From NCBI GenBank assembly GCA_951406725.2, contig OX597814.1, positions 78,988,001 to 79,052,000 on the forward strand: a DNA stretch of 64,000 nt, read 5' to 3'. Made by a program: the position numbers and the translations under genes. Shown here piece after piece: positions 1 to 18,809 of this stretch. Source of the stretch: Octopus vulgaris (lineage: Eukaryota). Below the pieces are notes generated by a model. The model was not told where the DNA came from and ran no database searches. It saw only the letters and a program-made list of their open reading frames with translations. Each line of letters starts with the position of its first letter. Position 1 is the first letter of the stretch.

Positions 1-504
1 TTTATATAATATATATATATATATACACACATACACACATACACATACACACATATACATATACCTGAGTGTATATATATATATATATATATATATAGAT
101 ATATATATATATATATATATGAAGTGTATATAAATGTAAGAGCAATGTTTGTATGCATATATGTTTTTTATGTACATTTATGTAAGTACATATAATTTTG
201 TATGTATGAGTGAATGTGTATATATATTTGTGACCAAATGTGTGTGTGTGTGATTACAATAACTAAATTGCAATGCCATTAATCACAGAAGTATTCTGTG
301 TCAGGCATTGCTATCAGTGGCCTGGAACACAATAAGAAAATAAGAATAACAACCATGATTAAATTATTGAAAAGTTTCTATATAAAACTCAATACTAATT
401 TACAAATGCCACTACCACAACCACCAACACTACTACTACTTCTACTCCAACCACCTTCACCATAATCACCACTACAACCACCACCAACATGAACAACCAA
501 TGAA

Positions 505-1110
505 AGAGCCACTATGTGGTTACTTGTTTAACAAGAAATAGCAGCTACAGCCATCTCAAAATTATATCCTAGTATCGAAATACTGGGAAGAAACACTGGA
601 TAGTGTAATTGTTAGACACACTATATCTGAAAACAAGAAGGGATGGCCATGGTTTGACTGTCTTTGATTGTAACTCTACTCAATCATGATTGACCAACAA
701 CGACAACACTATTATCTAGCCATCAATGGAGTCTCACTCAACTGACCTTCGAGAAATAGCAGCTAAATCTTCTTCAGATCATACTCTGCTGTACTGCATA
801 ACGTAGTTATAGATATACTGTCTTTAAAAAAAGATGAGATGGTCACAGTTGGAACTTTTAGACTAGTGCTAATCTGGAGCTAAAGAAGCACAACTACAGA
901 ATGAGGGCATCTCTACATGGATGCACAACTTGCTAGAAACAGAAGTTAAATACTGACAAAACCAAGGCCTGTTGTCTTAAAAGAAGAAAGAACTCACACC
1001 ACCCTATATATGATAGAAGACGTGATTGAATAGTCATGGATGGAACACGCATGAAAACAGGTTTGCTCAGTCAATATTGATCTGCAGTAAGAAAACAGCA
1101 ACAACAGCAA
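505..1110. repeat. About three degenerate tandem copies of a ~190-bp interspersed repeat
   Basis: The motif series agaaatagcagc...tcttaaaa...gatggtcatgg recurs at ~505, ~725 and ~905; related sequence lies in reverse orientation near 5060-5150. Confidence 0.45.
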
Positions 1111-1254
1111 CGATACTCTATTATGTTCAACAAACTTATGCATGCATTTGTATAAGACTGAAAGTATGGAGCTGTAGTGAAATGGTCAAAGAAGTGTGGC
1201 ATTCGAGTAGCAGCAGCTGATGGGCCCTGTGTTAAAATTTACTGCAAATTGCCA

Positions 1255-1672
1255 CAGATTAAGAAGTTTACTTCCCAACCACATAGATCTGGGTTCAGTC
1301 CCACTGTGTGGAACCATGGGCAAGTATCTTCTACTATTGACCAAACCCATATGAGTGGATTAGTTAAATGAAAGCTTGTGTGGAAACCCATCATACACAG
1401 GAATGCATGTTTGTGTATTTGTATATATGTAAATACGTGTATGAGTTCGCAGCTCCTCATCTTGACATTGTATGATGGTCGTAAATGAGTGCCAGTCATA
1501 CAAGCAGTGTCATTCATTTCCAATATTCTGTGAGAACATGTCTGGCCATGGGGAAACATTAACCTTGCTTGAAAACAGGTCAGGGTTGGCAACAGGAAGG
1601 GTATTCAGCCATAGACAGCCTTCCTCAATAAACTCTGTCTGACCTATGCAAACATGGAAAAGTCGATGTTAA
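1255..1672 (+). mobile_element. tRNA-derived SINE (octopus OR-type), degenerate
   Basis: Head aagaagtttacttcccaaccacat...gggttcagtcccactg matches the better-preserved copy at 3055. Confidence 0.7.
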
Positions 1673-1879
1673 CATTTTGCCTGACCAATGCATTTTCAAA
1701 AGGTTGTCCTAAACATCCATTTTTTAAAGCATTTAGCTCAGTTTTGTTTCACAGATTGACCTTGAACTCTGTCATGCACACACACTATGTTATAACATTC
1801 TTGTTTACTTCCAGTGTTTTTTGCAGTGTTTGGAAGTAAAGTGTATAAAGTGTGGTCATCTCAGAAAAGTGTGTAGAGT

Positions 1880-2185
1880 GTGGTCGTCTCAGGTTTTAGC
1901 TACACAGGTTCTCCTCGACTGTTTTGAGGAAGACAAAAACTTTTTGAAAATTGTCATAACAGGTGCCAAATCATAGGTAATGACTTTGAAACCAAGGTAA
2001 AAGTTAAATCCCATTTGAAAGGAACAAGATTTCAAGATGTCGAGGTAATCCAAGAGAATGCGATGAGGCAGGTATTCATTACCCCAGAAAAGGAGTTCCA
2101 GGAATGTTTCCATTAATGGAAACAACACTGGATAATGTGTGTGGTTTCAAAAGAGGACTACTTCAGAGAAATATAATGTTTCCCT
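1880..2185 (+). mobile_element. Mariner transposase relic, internally deleted
   Basis: Translates as EEDKNFLKIVITG, then KSHLKGTRFQDVEVIQENAMRQ...EFQECFH*WKQHW, typical of the mariner catalytic-domain start and C-terminus; contains stops. Confidence 0.65.
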
Positions 2186-2774
2186 TTCATAGGTCCCAAG
2201 GTTACTCTGGTGGTTGTAAAAAATTGGGAATGTGTATCATATAAAATGCATAGATGTCAAGAAAATATGCTGTGTCATATGTGGTATGCAGGACAGAGAA
2301 AGAGTTAAAACACAAATGATTAAAATGGTGATTTTGTTGTATATTTGGGCAGTGCACTGACTTCCTTGCATCTAACATCACTTTGATATTGAAGAAATAG
2401 GTACCAAATTTTGTGAAATTAATTTTCATTCACTCAGTGACAGAACTGCAGCTGAGTACCATTCTATAGAACTTCCTCAAGGATTAACAGATATTTACAC
2501 ATTTAATTATGCAACACAAACACACACACGTGTAAGTAGCTGGGGGGGGGTAAATTCAACCAACTGTGTGTCCTAGTTCCCTCTGTCCCTGTCATCAAAA
2601 TGATGTGTTGACATCTACTGCACAGCGTTCTTCTGTTTAAGAAACCGACCATACTTTGGGAAGCTCCAGAGTAACAGGTCACAGGATTGGCTTAAATATA
2701 CTATGTATACTTAGATATGTGTGTACCTATGTATGCATCCATATGTGTGTGTGTGTGTGTGGGGGGGTGTATGA

Positions 2775-2925
2775 AACAGGCTTCTTTTAGTTTCTGTTGG
2801 CTAAAGTTACTCACAATGCTTTGGTCAGCTATATTAGAAGACACTTGTCCAAAGTACCACACAGTGGGACTCAGCCCAGAATCATGTGGTTGGGAAGCAA
2901 ACTTCTTACTACACAGCTAAGCCTA
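2775..2925 (-). mobile_element. tRNA-derived SINE head
   Basis: Reverse complement of the 3055 family head. Confidence 0.7.
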
Positions 2926-3054
2926 TGCCAACAAACTATGTTCCTAACCCTTTTACTATACTGTGACAGAGAATGAAATGAGAATGTGATATTCATGCAT
3001 CACTCGAATGAAGTGTTGGTGGCACACTGGGGAAATAAAATAACTAACAGCAAC

Positions 3055-3455
3055 AGGCACAGGAGTGGCTGTGTGGTAAGTAGCTTGCTAACCAACCACA
3101 TGGTTCCTGGTTCAGTCCCACTGCGTGGCATCTTGGGCAAGTGTCTTCTGCTATAGCCCCGGGCCGACCAATGCCTTGTGAGTGGATTTGGTAGACGGAA
3201 ACTGAAAGAAGCCTGTCGTATATATGTATATATATATGTATTTATGTATGTGTGTGTGTGTTTGTGTGTCTGTGTTTGTCCCCCTAGCATTGCTTGACAA
3301 CTGATGCTGGTGTGTTTACGTCCCCGTTACTTAGCGGTTCGGCAAAAGAGACTGGGCTTACAAAGAATAAGTCCCGGGTCGATTTGCTCGACTAAAGGCG
3401 GTGCTCCAGCATGGCTGCAGTCAAATGACTGAAACGAGTAAAAGAGTAAAGAGTC
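3055..3455 (+). mobile_element. Near full-length tRNA-derived SINE (octopus OR-type) with internal (TA)/(TG) tract
   Basis: A-box-like tggctgtgtgg, B-box-like ggttcagtcc, conserved body and aaagagtaaagagt tail; many related copies in the window. Confidence 0.85.
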
Positions 3456-3619
3456 AAATATATATGCACACACACACACAAGCAAAATATCCAAAATGTA
3501 AAACAAATAAAAATTGGAAATGCTTTATGGACTTGATACACTGCCCACTTCTTTTGCCCCATAATCAGATTCTTAGTTCACCCACCCTGTGTGTGTGTAT
3601 GTATGTGTATGTATGTGTA

Positions 3620-3656
<37 letters not shown>

Positions 3657-4499
3657 ATATATATATAATAATACTCTGGGACCTGATGTTAGAGGGTGGA
3701 AGAGGTAATTCTAGGTGAATGGAAGGGAAGGATTCTAATGTCATTTATGGTTTTTTTTGTTATTTAAAAAAAAATTCTGATATATTTATGACAGGCAGCT
3801 GGATAAGTTTATGATTTGTCTTGACTACCTACCCACTCTCTTACCTACATACCTATCTAGGTACATACATATCCATCTCCTGACCTCACCCCCACCTACC
3901 CAGTTACTCACATACCTACCTACAAACACAAATCGGCTACTTACTTACTTTGACCCCCACCTCACCCCACCCCAATAATATTGTCAGTCAATAATATGTG
4001 ATCAAGGCAGGCCTTCAGATCTAATTATGTCAGTAAATGAAGCAGTTTAATAAAGGTAAAAAGGGAAACAGGTTACCATGATAACCAGGCTTACCTTTCT
4101 AAACAAGTTACTGATGTCACTGCCATTCTCATTGTTGTAATTATTGTTGTTGTAATTGTTGTTGACCTTGACCTCATGTTACACTTTCATTGATTGTGTT
4201 GTTGTGATAACAGTTGTGGTCATTGTTGTGGTTATTGTTACAGTAGTTTTGTTGCCATTTCACTGTTGGTGCTGTTGCTGTGGTGATGATGGTGATCAGA
4301 TCATGTAGTTTCCTTGATGCTTGCTGCTATTGTTGTGGCCATTTTGCTGCTATCATCTGATGCTGGTGATGGTCAATTTATGTATTTTCCTGGAAAGTGC
4401 TGCTATCATTCTGGTCATTTCACTGCTGTTATTGATATTGCATAAGTTGTGGTAGTAATGGTCAGTTTATGCAGTTTCCTTCATGATGCTATTATTACT

Positions 4500-4910
4500 A
4501 TTTATCATTTGAAAAGGAAGGCGAGGGTAGAGAGGGAGGTGCTGCCTTCTAGTGTGTTTATCAAAAGGTGGACAAGACTAGCAAAGACTGGTGAGATTGA
4601 ATGGATTGACTCTGAGTATGCTTTTCTAGGCAGGAGGAAAGGAACTGGAAGACGGCATTTTCCATGCCTTGAGGATGACAGAGTAATCCAGGACTTTTGC
4701 ATGCAGTTTACCCTGAACTACCCCGCTATTGGGAGTTATATTTATTTCTCTAATTTCTATTTATATAGCTTTTGTTATATCCTTTAATATGGTGGTGTCT
4801 CCCTTCGATTGATGTAAACTCCACTTCATTTGTGTGCTGTATATCGTCTTTTAATACTGTTCTTTGATATTATCTTGGGCCCTTGTGGCCAATAAAAGAA
4901 ATTATTGTTA
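4500..4910 (+). mobile_element. 3' end of a LINE (L1/Tx1-like)
   Basis: HLKRKARVEREVLPSSVFIKRW resembles a LINE ORF2 C-terminus, followed by a UTR ending aataaaagaaattatt. Confidence 0.5.
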
Positions 4911-5320
4911 TCGTTGTGGTCATTTTATTGTTATTCCACTTATCCTGCTATTGTGGCAAAGAGGTGGTTCTACACACCTCAACACTGAAACTGTTGTTCT
5001 TGTTATAGCAATTATTTTGTTTCTGTTCCATTGACACTATTGCTGTCTTCAACATAAAGTTGGCGCTGACTGAGAACTATAATCATGTCCATCCCAATTT
5101 TTTTCAGCCGTAGTGTATCCTAAACTGTGTAATCCAATGTGTACCATTTTTAACTCTTTGAACTCATGTGTACACTTTATCAGGACCAATTGTGTGTGTG
5201 TGTGTGTTTTACTTTCAGTTTTAATCCAATAAGGACGAATACTACAACTGACTTTTGAAAGTGTCTCCTAAACTGGTGAATTTTGATAATTTAATGATTA
5301 CAGGAAAAATGTGGTGGGGT

Positions 5321-5323
<3 letters not shown>

Positions 5324-5387
<64 letters not shown>
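5324..5387. repeat. (GA)n microsatellite
   Basis: Direct reading. Confidence 0.95.
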
Positions 5388-5392
<5 letters not shown>

Positions 5393-5719
5393 CAAATAAA
5401 TATTTAATAAAGAGCAAAATTTTTGAGGTAAACAGATACAGTAAGGTTGACAAAAAGAAGAAATGCCAATGATTTGATGTTAGAGCATAACAGTGGAAGC
5501 GACAGCTGGCAGCTACATTATGACTGATTGTGGATGATTATAGTGAGTTAATGAGTGAAGGTTTATCAATTAGTCATTCAATTATTCAGACACACACACA
5601 CATGCGTGCGTACACTATCATACATTTTGGACTTGACTGTAGATGACAGGAGCGGATTCTGCAATTCCTAGCGGAATCACCCACGCAGGTGAATTGTTTA
5701 TAGTGGTAAAATCTTTGTG

Positions 5720-5925
5720 TTGTACATTAGCTCACTCTCCCCATTAAGTCAGCATTGCCTGTACAGGTATGGCACAGTGTGCCATACACCAGATGTTGAA
5801 GTGGTTACAGAGCGACATGACATGACAAGTATTTTGCTTAAGAACACAATGCACTGCCCAGCCCAGGAACTGAAACCACAATCTCACAACTGTAAATACA
5901 ACACCCTAACTGTTAAGCCACACAT
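5720..5925 (-). mobile_element. Degenerate tRNA-derived SINE
   Basis: ttttgcttaagaacacaatgcactgcccag is shared with ~37030; tRNA-like head on the minus strand. Confidence 0.5.
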
Positions 5926-8900
5926 ACGTTACCTTTTCATAAAGTGGACAAAGGATTAAATCTACCATTTCAGAAAAGGGACAGTCTATCCAATGAGTTT
6001 TCATACAATTTCCATTTATCCAATTTTACTCATAAAACGCTTGCCCCATGAGCCACACCAAAAAGGATTGGATCATGTGGCTGTGCAGGAAACCTTATAA
6101 CTTTACAACCATGCCTTCATCCATGCATCTATGTTGTTGCTCTTGTTGTAGTGTTGCTGTGTATTGCTCTTGTAGTTGCTGAGTTCAATGCTTCTGTCAT
6201 ATTAGCTGTCACTCTCACTTCATTTTTGTTGTCATTGTTGTTGTTACTACAGCCATCAAACATTTTAAGGCCATGTTTCTGCTAAAGTGGGGGCTAGCCT
6301 TGTGATTGTCTTAATTGTATTCATGATGGCTCCCTTTTTATGAGGTAGTCTTTTACAGATGGATGCTCTTCCTATTACTTATGTAATTGTCATTGTCACA
6401 ATATTTGTTTTGTTGCTGCTATTCTATTTGTAAATTTCTTGTGATTTCTGTCATCTTTGTTTTACATACACATCTACACACACTAATAAATCCCACAACG
6501 GTATCTTCACAAATTCTGTCATTATCAGTCTTGTTAAGTGAATACAGTTGACAGACAATAAATAATCACCAATAAACAAAATAAATCAATAACATTAAAT
6601 AGAAATAACAAACATAAACTAAATAAAAACTAAATGGGAAAAGAAAGACCAGAATCAACAATGAACAAAGACATTAGACTACCAAGTTTGATTTCGAGAA
6701 ACCAATATGTACTATGTCCTGGGTATGCCTTCAAACTACTTCAGGTAGTGGTGCAATGGTTTCAGAGTTCCAGGCTTTTGAGGAGTGTGGAACCACCTCT
6801 TAGCCATTATTTCACTCAGGTCTACTTTAACCTGAATAGTAGGGTTCCAGCTATGGTTTAACATGAAACCACCTGAGCCAAGGTACATTGAAATCATGGG
6901 ATGCAGAATGATGGTTGTGAAGTATTTCAGCTGATGAACTTATTGAATCAATAACAAATATCACAAGATATCTGAGCAGATGAACAGACAACAAACTGTC
7001 AATGTCCTGGATCAACCAGTTCAGTTAGCAAACTACTGTTGTCATCTGTAGTTGTGATATGCACAGATGAGATGTTTTTGCTATCAAAAGACCAAGATGG
7101 TTGATTGGTCCAAATAAGTCATGTGATTCAGATGAAATGTAGATCCTTGTTAGAGCTTTTAAATTCATGGTGAAATGGCAGAATTGGTAAAGTGTTCAGC
7201 AAAATACCAAACAATATATAGTTACTACATCCTTTTAAATTCTCAGTGAATATCCTGTTGAAGTTAGCTTTGCTTTCATCCTCCAGAACAGTCAGATTAT
7301 ACAATACAAAGCCTTTATTAGTTGTAGTTAATTGTAGAGTGAAAATCAGGCTTTAGTATTAATTCCTACATAGACTATATCTTCACCAAAATATGTGGCA
7401 TTGTGATTATGTTAGCAATCATTATTTTAATTAACATCAACAGCATCCACATTATTATTTGTATAATCACTTTTACTTTCAATATAATTATATGATCAAG
7501 CTCCTGAGCATCATTATCCTCCTCGCCTTCCTCCTATCAATATCACAATCATCATATTTCCTTTTGACTCTATCTGTACAGTGAACAAGTGCAGGAGCTA
7601 CACAGTAAACTCTATGGATGTTTCAGCCCAATCATGTGACCAGTTCTGGTGGTGCTCATTCAACCCAATAGTAGCATTTTAACCACTTTTGATATCAGTA
7701 AAACTTCCAGCCATGTCTGGCAACACAAATTTCCTAACTAAACTTACTACCAAAGTACTCCACACATTTCTCCTCTCTTGGTTTGGAGGTTTCCAGTCAA
7801 ACTATTAGGTCAAAGCTAAAATAACAGGGCTATCTATGGGTTTAGTGATCTCAGACAGCTTTCTTCCTCTACATTAGCAACCTGCTTGCTGTTACTTCTT
7901 CAACCCCCATATTCAAACACAGATGATATATCACATTTACTCTATTATCTCTTAAACATAAGCAAAATCCATCAAAATATTTCTAAGAATAATAATGATC
8001 TTAAAATCATCCCTTATATAACTACCTAGATTTATTCAATAACAATCGAAATACACTCAAACATTTCACTTTAGTTTCAGAAACTTCTGCCATTTCTGAA
8101 GATTTTCTCACTATGCAAAGTACAAGTGTTCTAGTTAGAGTACAGGCAAAGTACAGAGTAGATGCTACATGCAATCATGTTAGACAAAATTCTCACAAAA
8201 GGATACAAGGATACCCTCCACTCTCACACTCGCACAGTGCAAAAGTTTGAGAAAACTCCATGTGGTGAATTATAGAAAAGAATAAAAAGAAAAATGCACT
8301 AAAATTAATTTATCTATGAAATAAAATTTTTACAAAGTTGACTAGAAGCATAGAATTATAACGACATCACAAACTGTTCAGTTATGATTAGCAAAATGAG
8401 TGAAACCAGTTGGTATTCATGTGTGCAAGCATGTGACTAATTGGTAAATATTTACCAACAAACTATAATCCTTCATAAACAGTGCCTGCTCCTTTAAACT
8501 AGCAATGTGTTCTCTAACACTAATTTCTCTGCCTTATTTCTTGTCAATCCTACTGTATTAGTTTACCTTAAAAACTTTGCACTAAGGCCTTTAATAAATA
8601 TCTTTAAAAGTGAACTCCCCATCACCTCCACTTATTCCATGTTTTCCCTTTAATCTGCATCAACTTCACCAGTTAAGGTATACTTTCAAACGTCAGGTGT
8701 AGTGTCCCTACACCTGGAGCATAATATGAAAATATAATGCATACACACACACACAACAAAATTGTTAGAAAATTAACTTTGCAACCACAAGATCCCAGAT
8801 TTGATCCCACAGCATGGCATTGTGGGCAGGTGCGTTTATCATAACCTCAAGTCAACCTAAGCCTTGTGAATGAATTTGGATAAATGGAAACTGTAATGAT

Positions 8901-9134
8901 GCCCATTGAATAGACCGTACCTATAATTTTGTTGTATCCTTCAGCAAGGAATCTAATTATGCTAACTCCAGTTTGTTTGACTAAACAAAAGAACCAGTTC
9001 CACTCCTACTTCATCATTTAAAGGCTAGCAATAGGCAAGGCTCCCAACAAATAAATAGAATTAAATAAAATAAATGAAATAAAATGAAATGAATAATGTT
9101 ACTTTTGTGATATAGAAGATTGGCTGTAAGATAG

Positions 9135-9976
<842 letters not shown>

Positions 9977-10078
9977 TGTAACAGACATAACAGGAAAAGA
10001 CAGCCCCATGATTGACCGAGAGGGGGAGTCGAGAATCAATCAAACCCAGTCAGCACGGAAACGACCTTTGAAACGAAC

Positions 10079-13000
10079 ATGATTATTCATTCGAACAGTG
10101 GACGAAATGCAAACAACTTTGGATGCAAGCTGTGCTATAGAACCTTTGCAACTGAGAGAGGCTTGAAGATACATCAGGGAAAGACTTGTGAGAAGAGGAC
10201 AGAGCAGTGTGGATCGTCAGATCGTAAAACACGTGGCAAATCATCCCCGGACTCAAACCACAGCGGATCGATAAATGCTACAGCACAGAACTCTTCACGT
10301 GAAGAAACTACAAGTCATGAAACTGGTGCATCGGATAATACTCAGAGGGTTTTGTGGCCTGCTGCTAATGAGAAAGTGAAATATAAAGAGTTTGAAAACA
10401 AGGTTTGTCGGACTCTTTATAAAATGACAGGCTCTACAGTGGAAAAACTGGGAAAATTATCAAGCTCAATATACGATGTAGCAAGAGATTTATTTGGAAT
10501 AAAAGAGAATATCCGACTAAAGAAAGGAAAGTGTGGACCAAGCAGGAGGATCAGAAAAATGCAGCAGTTGAGGAAGGAAAAGTCCGACTTAAGAAAGAGA
10601 TGGAGATGTGCTGCACTAGATGAGAAACCTGGCCTTGCGTTGCTGTATAACGATTTGAAGAGGAAATGTCGTTATGTGCAACGACATATTCGCCGATATG
10701 AGCGCCGAAAAGAAAGTAAAAGGACTCGAGGGCAGTTTCTGAAGGACCCGTACGGGTTTACTAAGAAGCTGTTCACTGAGCCGAAGAGTGGTACTTTATC
10801 GTGCACTAAAGAAGAATTGGATGCTCATATCAAGGAAACCTACAGCGATCCGCACCGTAATCAGCCGCTGCCATCTCTACATGGGCTAAATCATCTCTCA
10901 GGACCTGATATCGAATTCCAGATTGGGGACATCAGGGAGAGAGAGGTGAATGACTTCGTAAGAAAAGCTAGAGCGAAGAGTGCCCCAGGAGGTGATGGCG
11001 TCTCATATAAAGTCTACAAATACTGCAATCGTCTGCGAAAGAAGCTCTTCGTCCTAATCCGACAACTGTGGCGCGAGGAGACTATAGTAGAGGATTGGTG
11101 TAAGGCAGAAGGTATATACCTGCCGAAAGAGGCCAATGCAAAGACCATAAAACAGTTTAGGCCGATATCCTTATTGAATGTGGAAGGCAAGATCTTTATG
11201 GGAATTCTGTCGAGGAGAACAGTGACATATTTACAGAGTAACGGATATGTTGATGAATCTGTTCAAAAGGCCGGAATCCCCGGGATCCCTGGATGCGTTG
11301 AACACTGTTTTTCGATTTGGAAAGCGATTCAGGATGCCAAACAGAACAAGAAAAGTCTGAACGTGGTATGGCTCGACCTAGCTAACGCGTATGGTTCAGT
11401 GCCACACAAATTACTAATAACAGCCATGGACCACTTCCACATTCCTGACAAAGTGATCAAAATAATGAGGATGTACTATGAAAGTTTCGAAATGAGGTTT
11501 ACAACTGGAAGTTTTACAACAAATTGGCACCGATTGGAGGTTGGCATTGCTGCTGGCTGTACAATATCTGTCACGTGGTTTATCTTAATCATGGAGTTGA
11601 TTTTGAAAGGTGTAGATTTTTCGGAACAAATTGCCCATGTACAATCGCCTAAGAAAGCCTTCATGGATGACGTGACACTTCTAGCTACAGATAAACAAAT
11701 CATGCAGAATGCCCTTTTGAGATTAGACGAACGTGTAAGGTGGTCAAGGATGCGATTTAGAGCAAAAAAGTCGCGTAGTCTGACATTTGTTAAGGGAGTG
11801 CAGAAAGAATTTAAATTTCGAATATCGGAAGAAAGCATTCCAACAGTCAAGGAAGAGCCCGTCAAGAGCTTGGGACGAGTATACGCTGGAACATTGTCAG
11901 ATAGAAGTCGTGGGATTGAAATTATGAAACAGGCCGAGGCTGGGTTATCAGCGATTGATGTTTCGAAGTTACCAGGTAAATATAAAATTTGGTGCTTGCA
12001 GTTCGGCCTGTACCCGCGACTTGCGTGGCCACTTTTAATATACGAAGTAGCATTGTCACGAGTTGAAAAGATCGAACAAAAATGTAATGTGTTCATTAGA
12101 AAGTGGCTAGGTCTACCTCGTATGTTGAACAGCTCAGCTCTTTATCGTAAAAGAGGTTCGTTGCAGTTACCAATAGCATCAATAGTCGAAATATATAAGT
12201 TGGGGAAGATACGGACGGTCATGATGCTGAGAGAATCGAAGGATATGGAAATCAGGCGTAACCCACCAGAGGTGAAAACAGCCAGGAAGTGGAAAGCAGA
12301 AGCAGAAACTGACAACATCTTGTCTTCTCTTACACACAGAGATATGGTGGGAGCAACGCAGAACCATCGGAAAGGATTTGGTTTTGGCGCGGATCAGTTC
12401 AGACCGTTTGCAAGCATGATGCCGTGTGAACGCAGATCTGTTGTTAGCAACAGCGTCAAAACAAGAGAAGCAGAGAGAAGAGAGCTTCATTTGATCCGAT
12501 GTGTTCATCAAGGTCAGATGACGAGATGGGAAGAACATGTTGTTGAGAGGAAGATAAGTTGGGATGAGATGTGGAAGTGGACAACATCTCGGCTGAGTTT
12601 CCTGATTCGTTCATCTTATGATGTTTTGCCATCACCTACGAATCTAGTAAGATGGAACGTCTTAGAGAATGACGTCTGCAAATGTGGAAAAGTCGGTACA
12701 CTAAAACATATTCTTTCCAACTGTTCGTTAGCATTGAACAGGTACACATGGAGGCACAACTTGGTCCTTAAGGTTATCTTCAATGCTATAAAGAATCAAA
12801 TTCATCTCAACAACACTGAGGAAAAATCGTTAAAAGTACCATCAAGAGAGTTCATTACCTTCGTGCGACCAGGTCAGCAGATCCGTTTCAAGAAGAAGAC
12901 CAAGAAACTTCCTGAGAAAAATGAAAAGTGGAACGACTATTGGGAGGTAACTGCAGATTTACCTGGGTGCCAGGTTTTCTTTCCCATCCCAGTTTCGAAA

Positions 13001-13345
13001 AAACCAGATATTTTGATGTGGTGTGAAAGAAAGAAAGTTTTAAATATAGTCGAGCTAACGGTTCCTCACGAAGATAATATGGACGCCGCTCGAGCTCGAA
13101 AATTAAACCGTTATGAAAACCTCCTCGAGGAATATGAAGACGCAGGCTGGAAAGCGGAACATTTTCCTATCGAAGTCGGATGTAGAGGGTTTGTAGGACA
13201 CAGCGTGAGACGACTGTTGTTATCGTTAGGCCTAACTCATCGTAAAGTCAATACCACCATGACTGATATCCAATCTACAGTGGAGAAGGCTAGCCACTGG
13301 ATTTGGTTAAAAAGAGACGATGAGCGATGGCTAGAAGTATATTGA
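10079..13345 (+). CDS. Retrotransposon protein: N-terminal Zn finger, reverse transcriptase, CCHC knuckle and PD-(D/E)xK restriction-like endonuclease (1088 aa)
   Basis: CKLC...[10 protein letters not shown] finger; RT motifs [38 protein letters not shown] and FMDD (11660); CKC..HILSNC..RYTWRHN (12677); [13 protein letters not shown] (13004); [12 protein letters not shown] and RYTWRHN are HERO-clade-like. Confidence 0.95.
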   Translation: MIIHSNSGRNANNFGCKLCYRTFATERGLKIHQGKTCEKRTEQCGSSDRKTRGKSSPDSNHSGSINATAQNSSREETTSHETGASDNTQRVLWPAANEKVKYKEFENKVCRTLYKMTGSTVEKLGKLSSSIYDVARDLFGIKENIRLKKGKCGPSRRIRKMQQLRKEKSDLRKRWRCAALDEKPGLALLYNDLKRKCRYVQRHIRRYERRKESKRTRGQFLKDPYGFTKKLFTEPKSGTLSCTKEELDAHIKETYSDPHRNQPLPSLHGLNHLSGPDIEFQIGDIREREVNDFVRKARAKSAPGGDGVSYKVYKYCNRLRKKLFVLIRQLWREETIVEDWCKAEGIYLPKEANAKTIKQFRPISLLNVEGKIFMGILSRRTVTYLQSNGYVDESVQKAGIPGIPGCVEHCFSIWKAIQDAKQNKKSLNVVWLDLANAYGSVPHKLLITAMDHFHIPDKVIKIMRMYYESFEMRFTTGSFTTNWHRLEVGIAAGCTISVTWFILIMELILKGVDFSEQIAHVQSPKKAFMDDVTLLATDKQIMQNALLRLDERVRWSRMRFRAKKSRSLTFVKGVQKEFKFRISEESIPTVKEEPVKSLGRVYAGTLSDRSRGIEIMKQAEAGLSAIDVSKLPGKYKIWCLQFGLYPRLAWPLLIYEVALSRVEKIEQKCNVFIRKWLGLPRMLNSSALYRKRGSLQLPIASIVEIYKLGKIRTVMMLRESKDMEIRRNPPEVKTARKWKAEAETDNILSSLTHRDMVGATQNHRKGFGFGADQFRPFASMMPCERRSVVSNSVKTREAERRELHLIRCVHQGQMTRWEEHVVERKISWDEMWKWTTSRLSFLIRSSYDVLPSPTNLVRWNVLENDVCKCGKVGTLKHILSNCSLALNRYTWRHNLVLKVIFNAIKNQIHLNNTEEKSLKVPSREFITFVRPGQQIRFKKKTKKLPEKNEKWNDYWEVTADLPGCQVFFPIPVSKKPDILMWCERKKVLNIVELTVPHEDNMDAARARKLNRYENLLEEYEDAGWKAEHFPIEVGCRGFVGHSVRRLLLSLGLTHRKVNTTMTDIQSTVEKASHWIWLKRDDERWLEVY

Positions 13346-13355
13346 GTTCATCATA

Positions 13356-13523
13356 ACCAGCTGATCTAGCAAGAGGGGCCTCATATCAGTGAGGGGGCCG
13401 GTGCGCATTGATGCCGTCGAGAGGTAGGCCCCGAAACGGCGCGCATTCTCTCCTGATGACCCCATACACTTGCTAGCTTCCGATATACGGAGCTTTTAAC
13501 TGGTAGCACTTGCATGTGCAAGT
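13356..13523 (+). ncRNA. Structured 3' UTR with a permuted hammerhead-ribozyme-like motif
   Basis: GUC 13416-18, GAAA 13433-36 and CUGAUGA 13453-59, with complementary stem I (gagag/ctctc) and stem III (gccgt/acggc); enclosing helix ctagcaag/cttgctag. Confidence 0.65.
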
Positions 13524-13533
13524 TGTTTGCAAG

Positions 13534-18807
<5,274 letters not shown>

Positions 18808-18809
18808 CA

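Larger units (their letters stand above)
9977..13533 (+). mobile_element. Near full-length RLE-type non-LTR retrotransposon (HERO-like) inserted in (TA)n
   Basis: Non-repetitive, GC-rich block with sharp (TA)n borders on both sides; ~100-nt leader, single ORF, ~190-nt 3' UTR, no poly(A). Confidence 0.92.

Noticed and set aside
8693-8718. 9-bp hairpin caggtgtag/ctacacctg
   Set aside because: Isolated; compatible with chance
9977-10078. 5' HDV-like ribozyme as in R2 elements
   Set aside because: Could not build the nested double pseudoknot from this leader
11476-12538. Antisense ORFs inside the retrotransposon
   Set aside because: Shadow frames with no recognisable motifs
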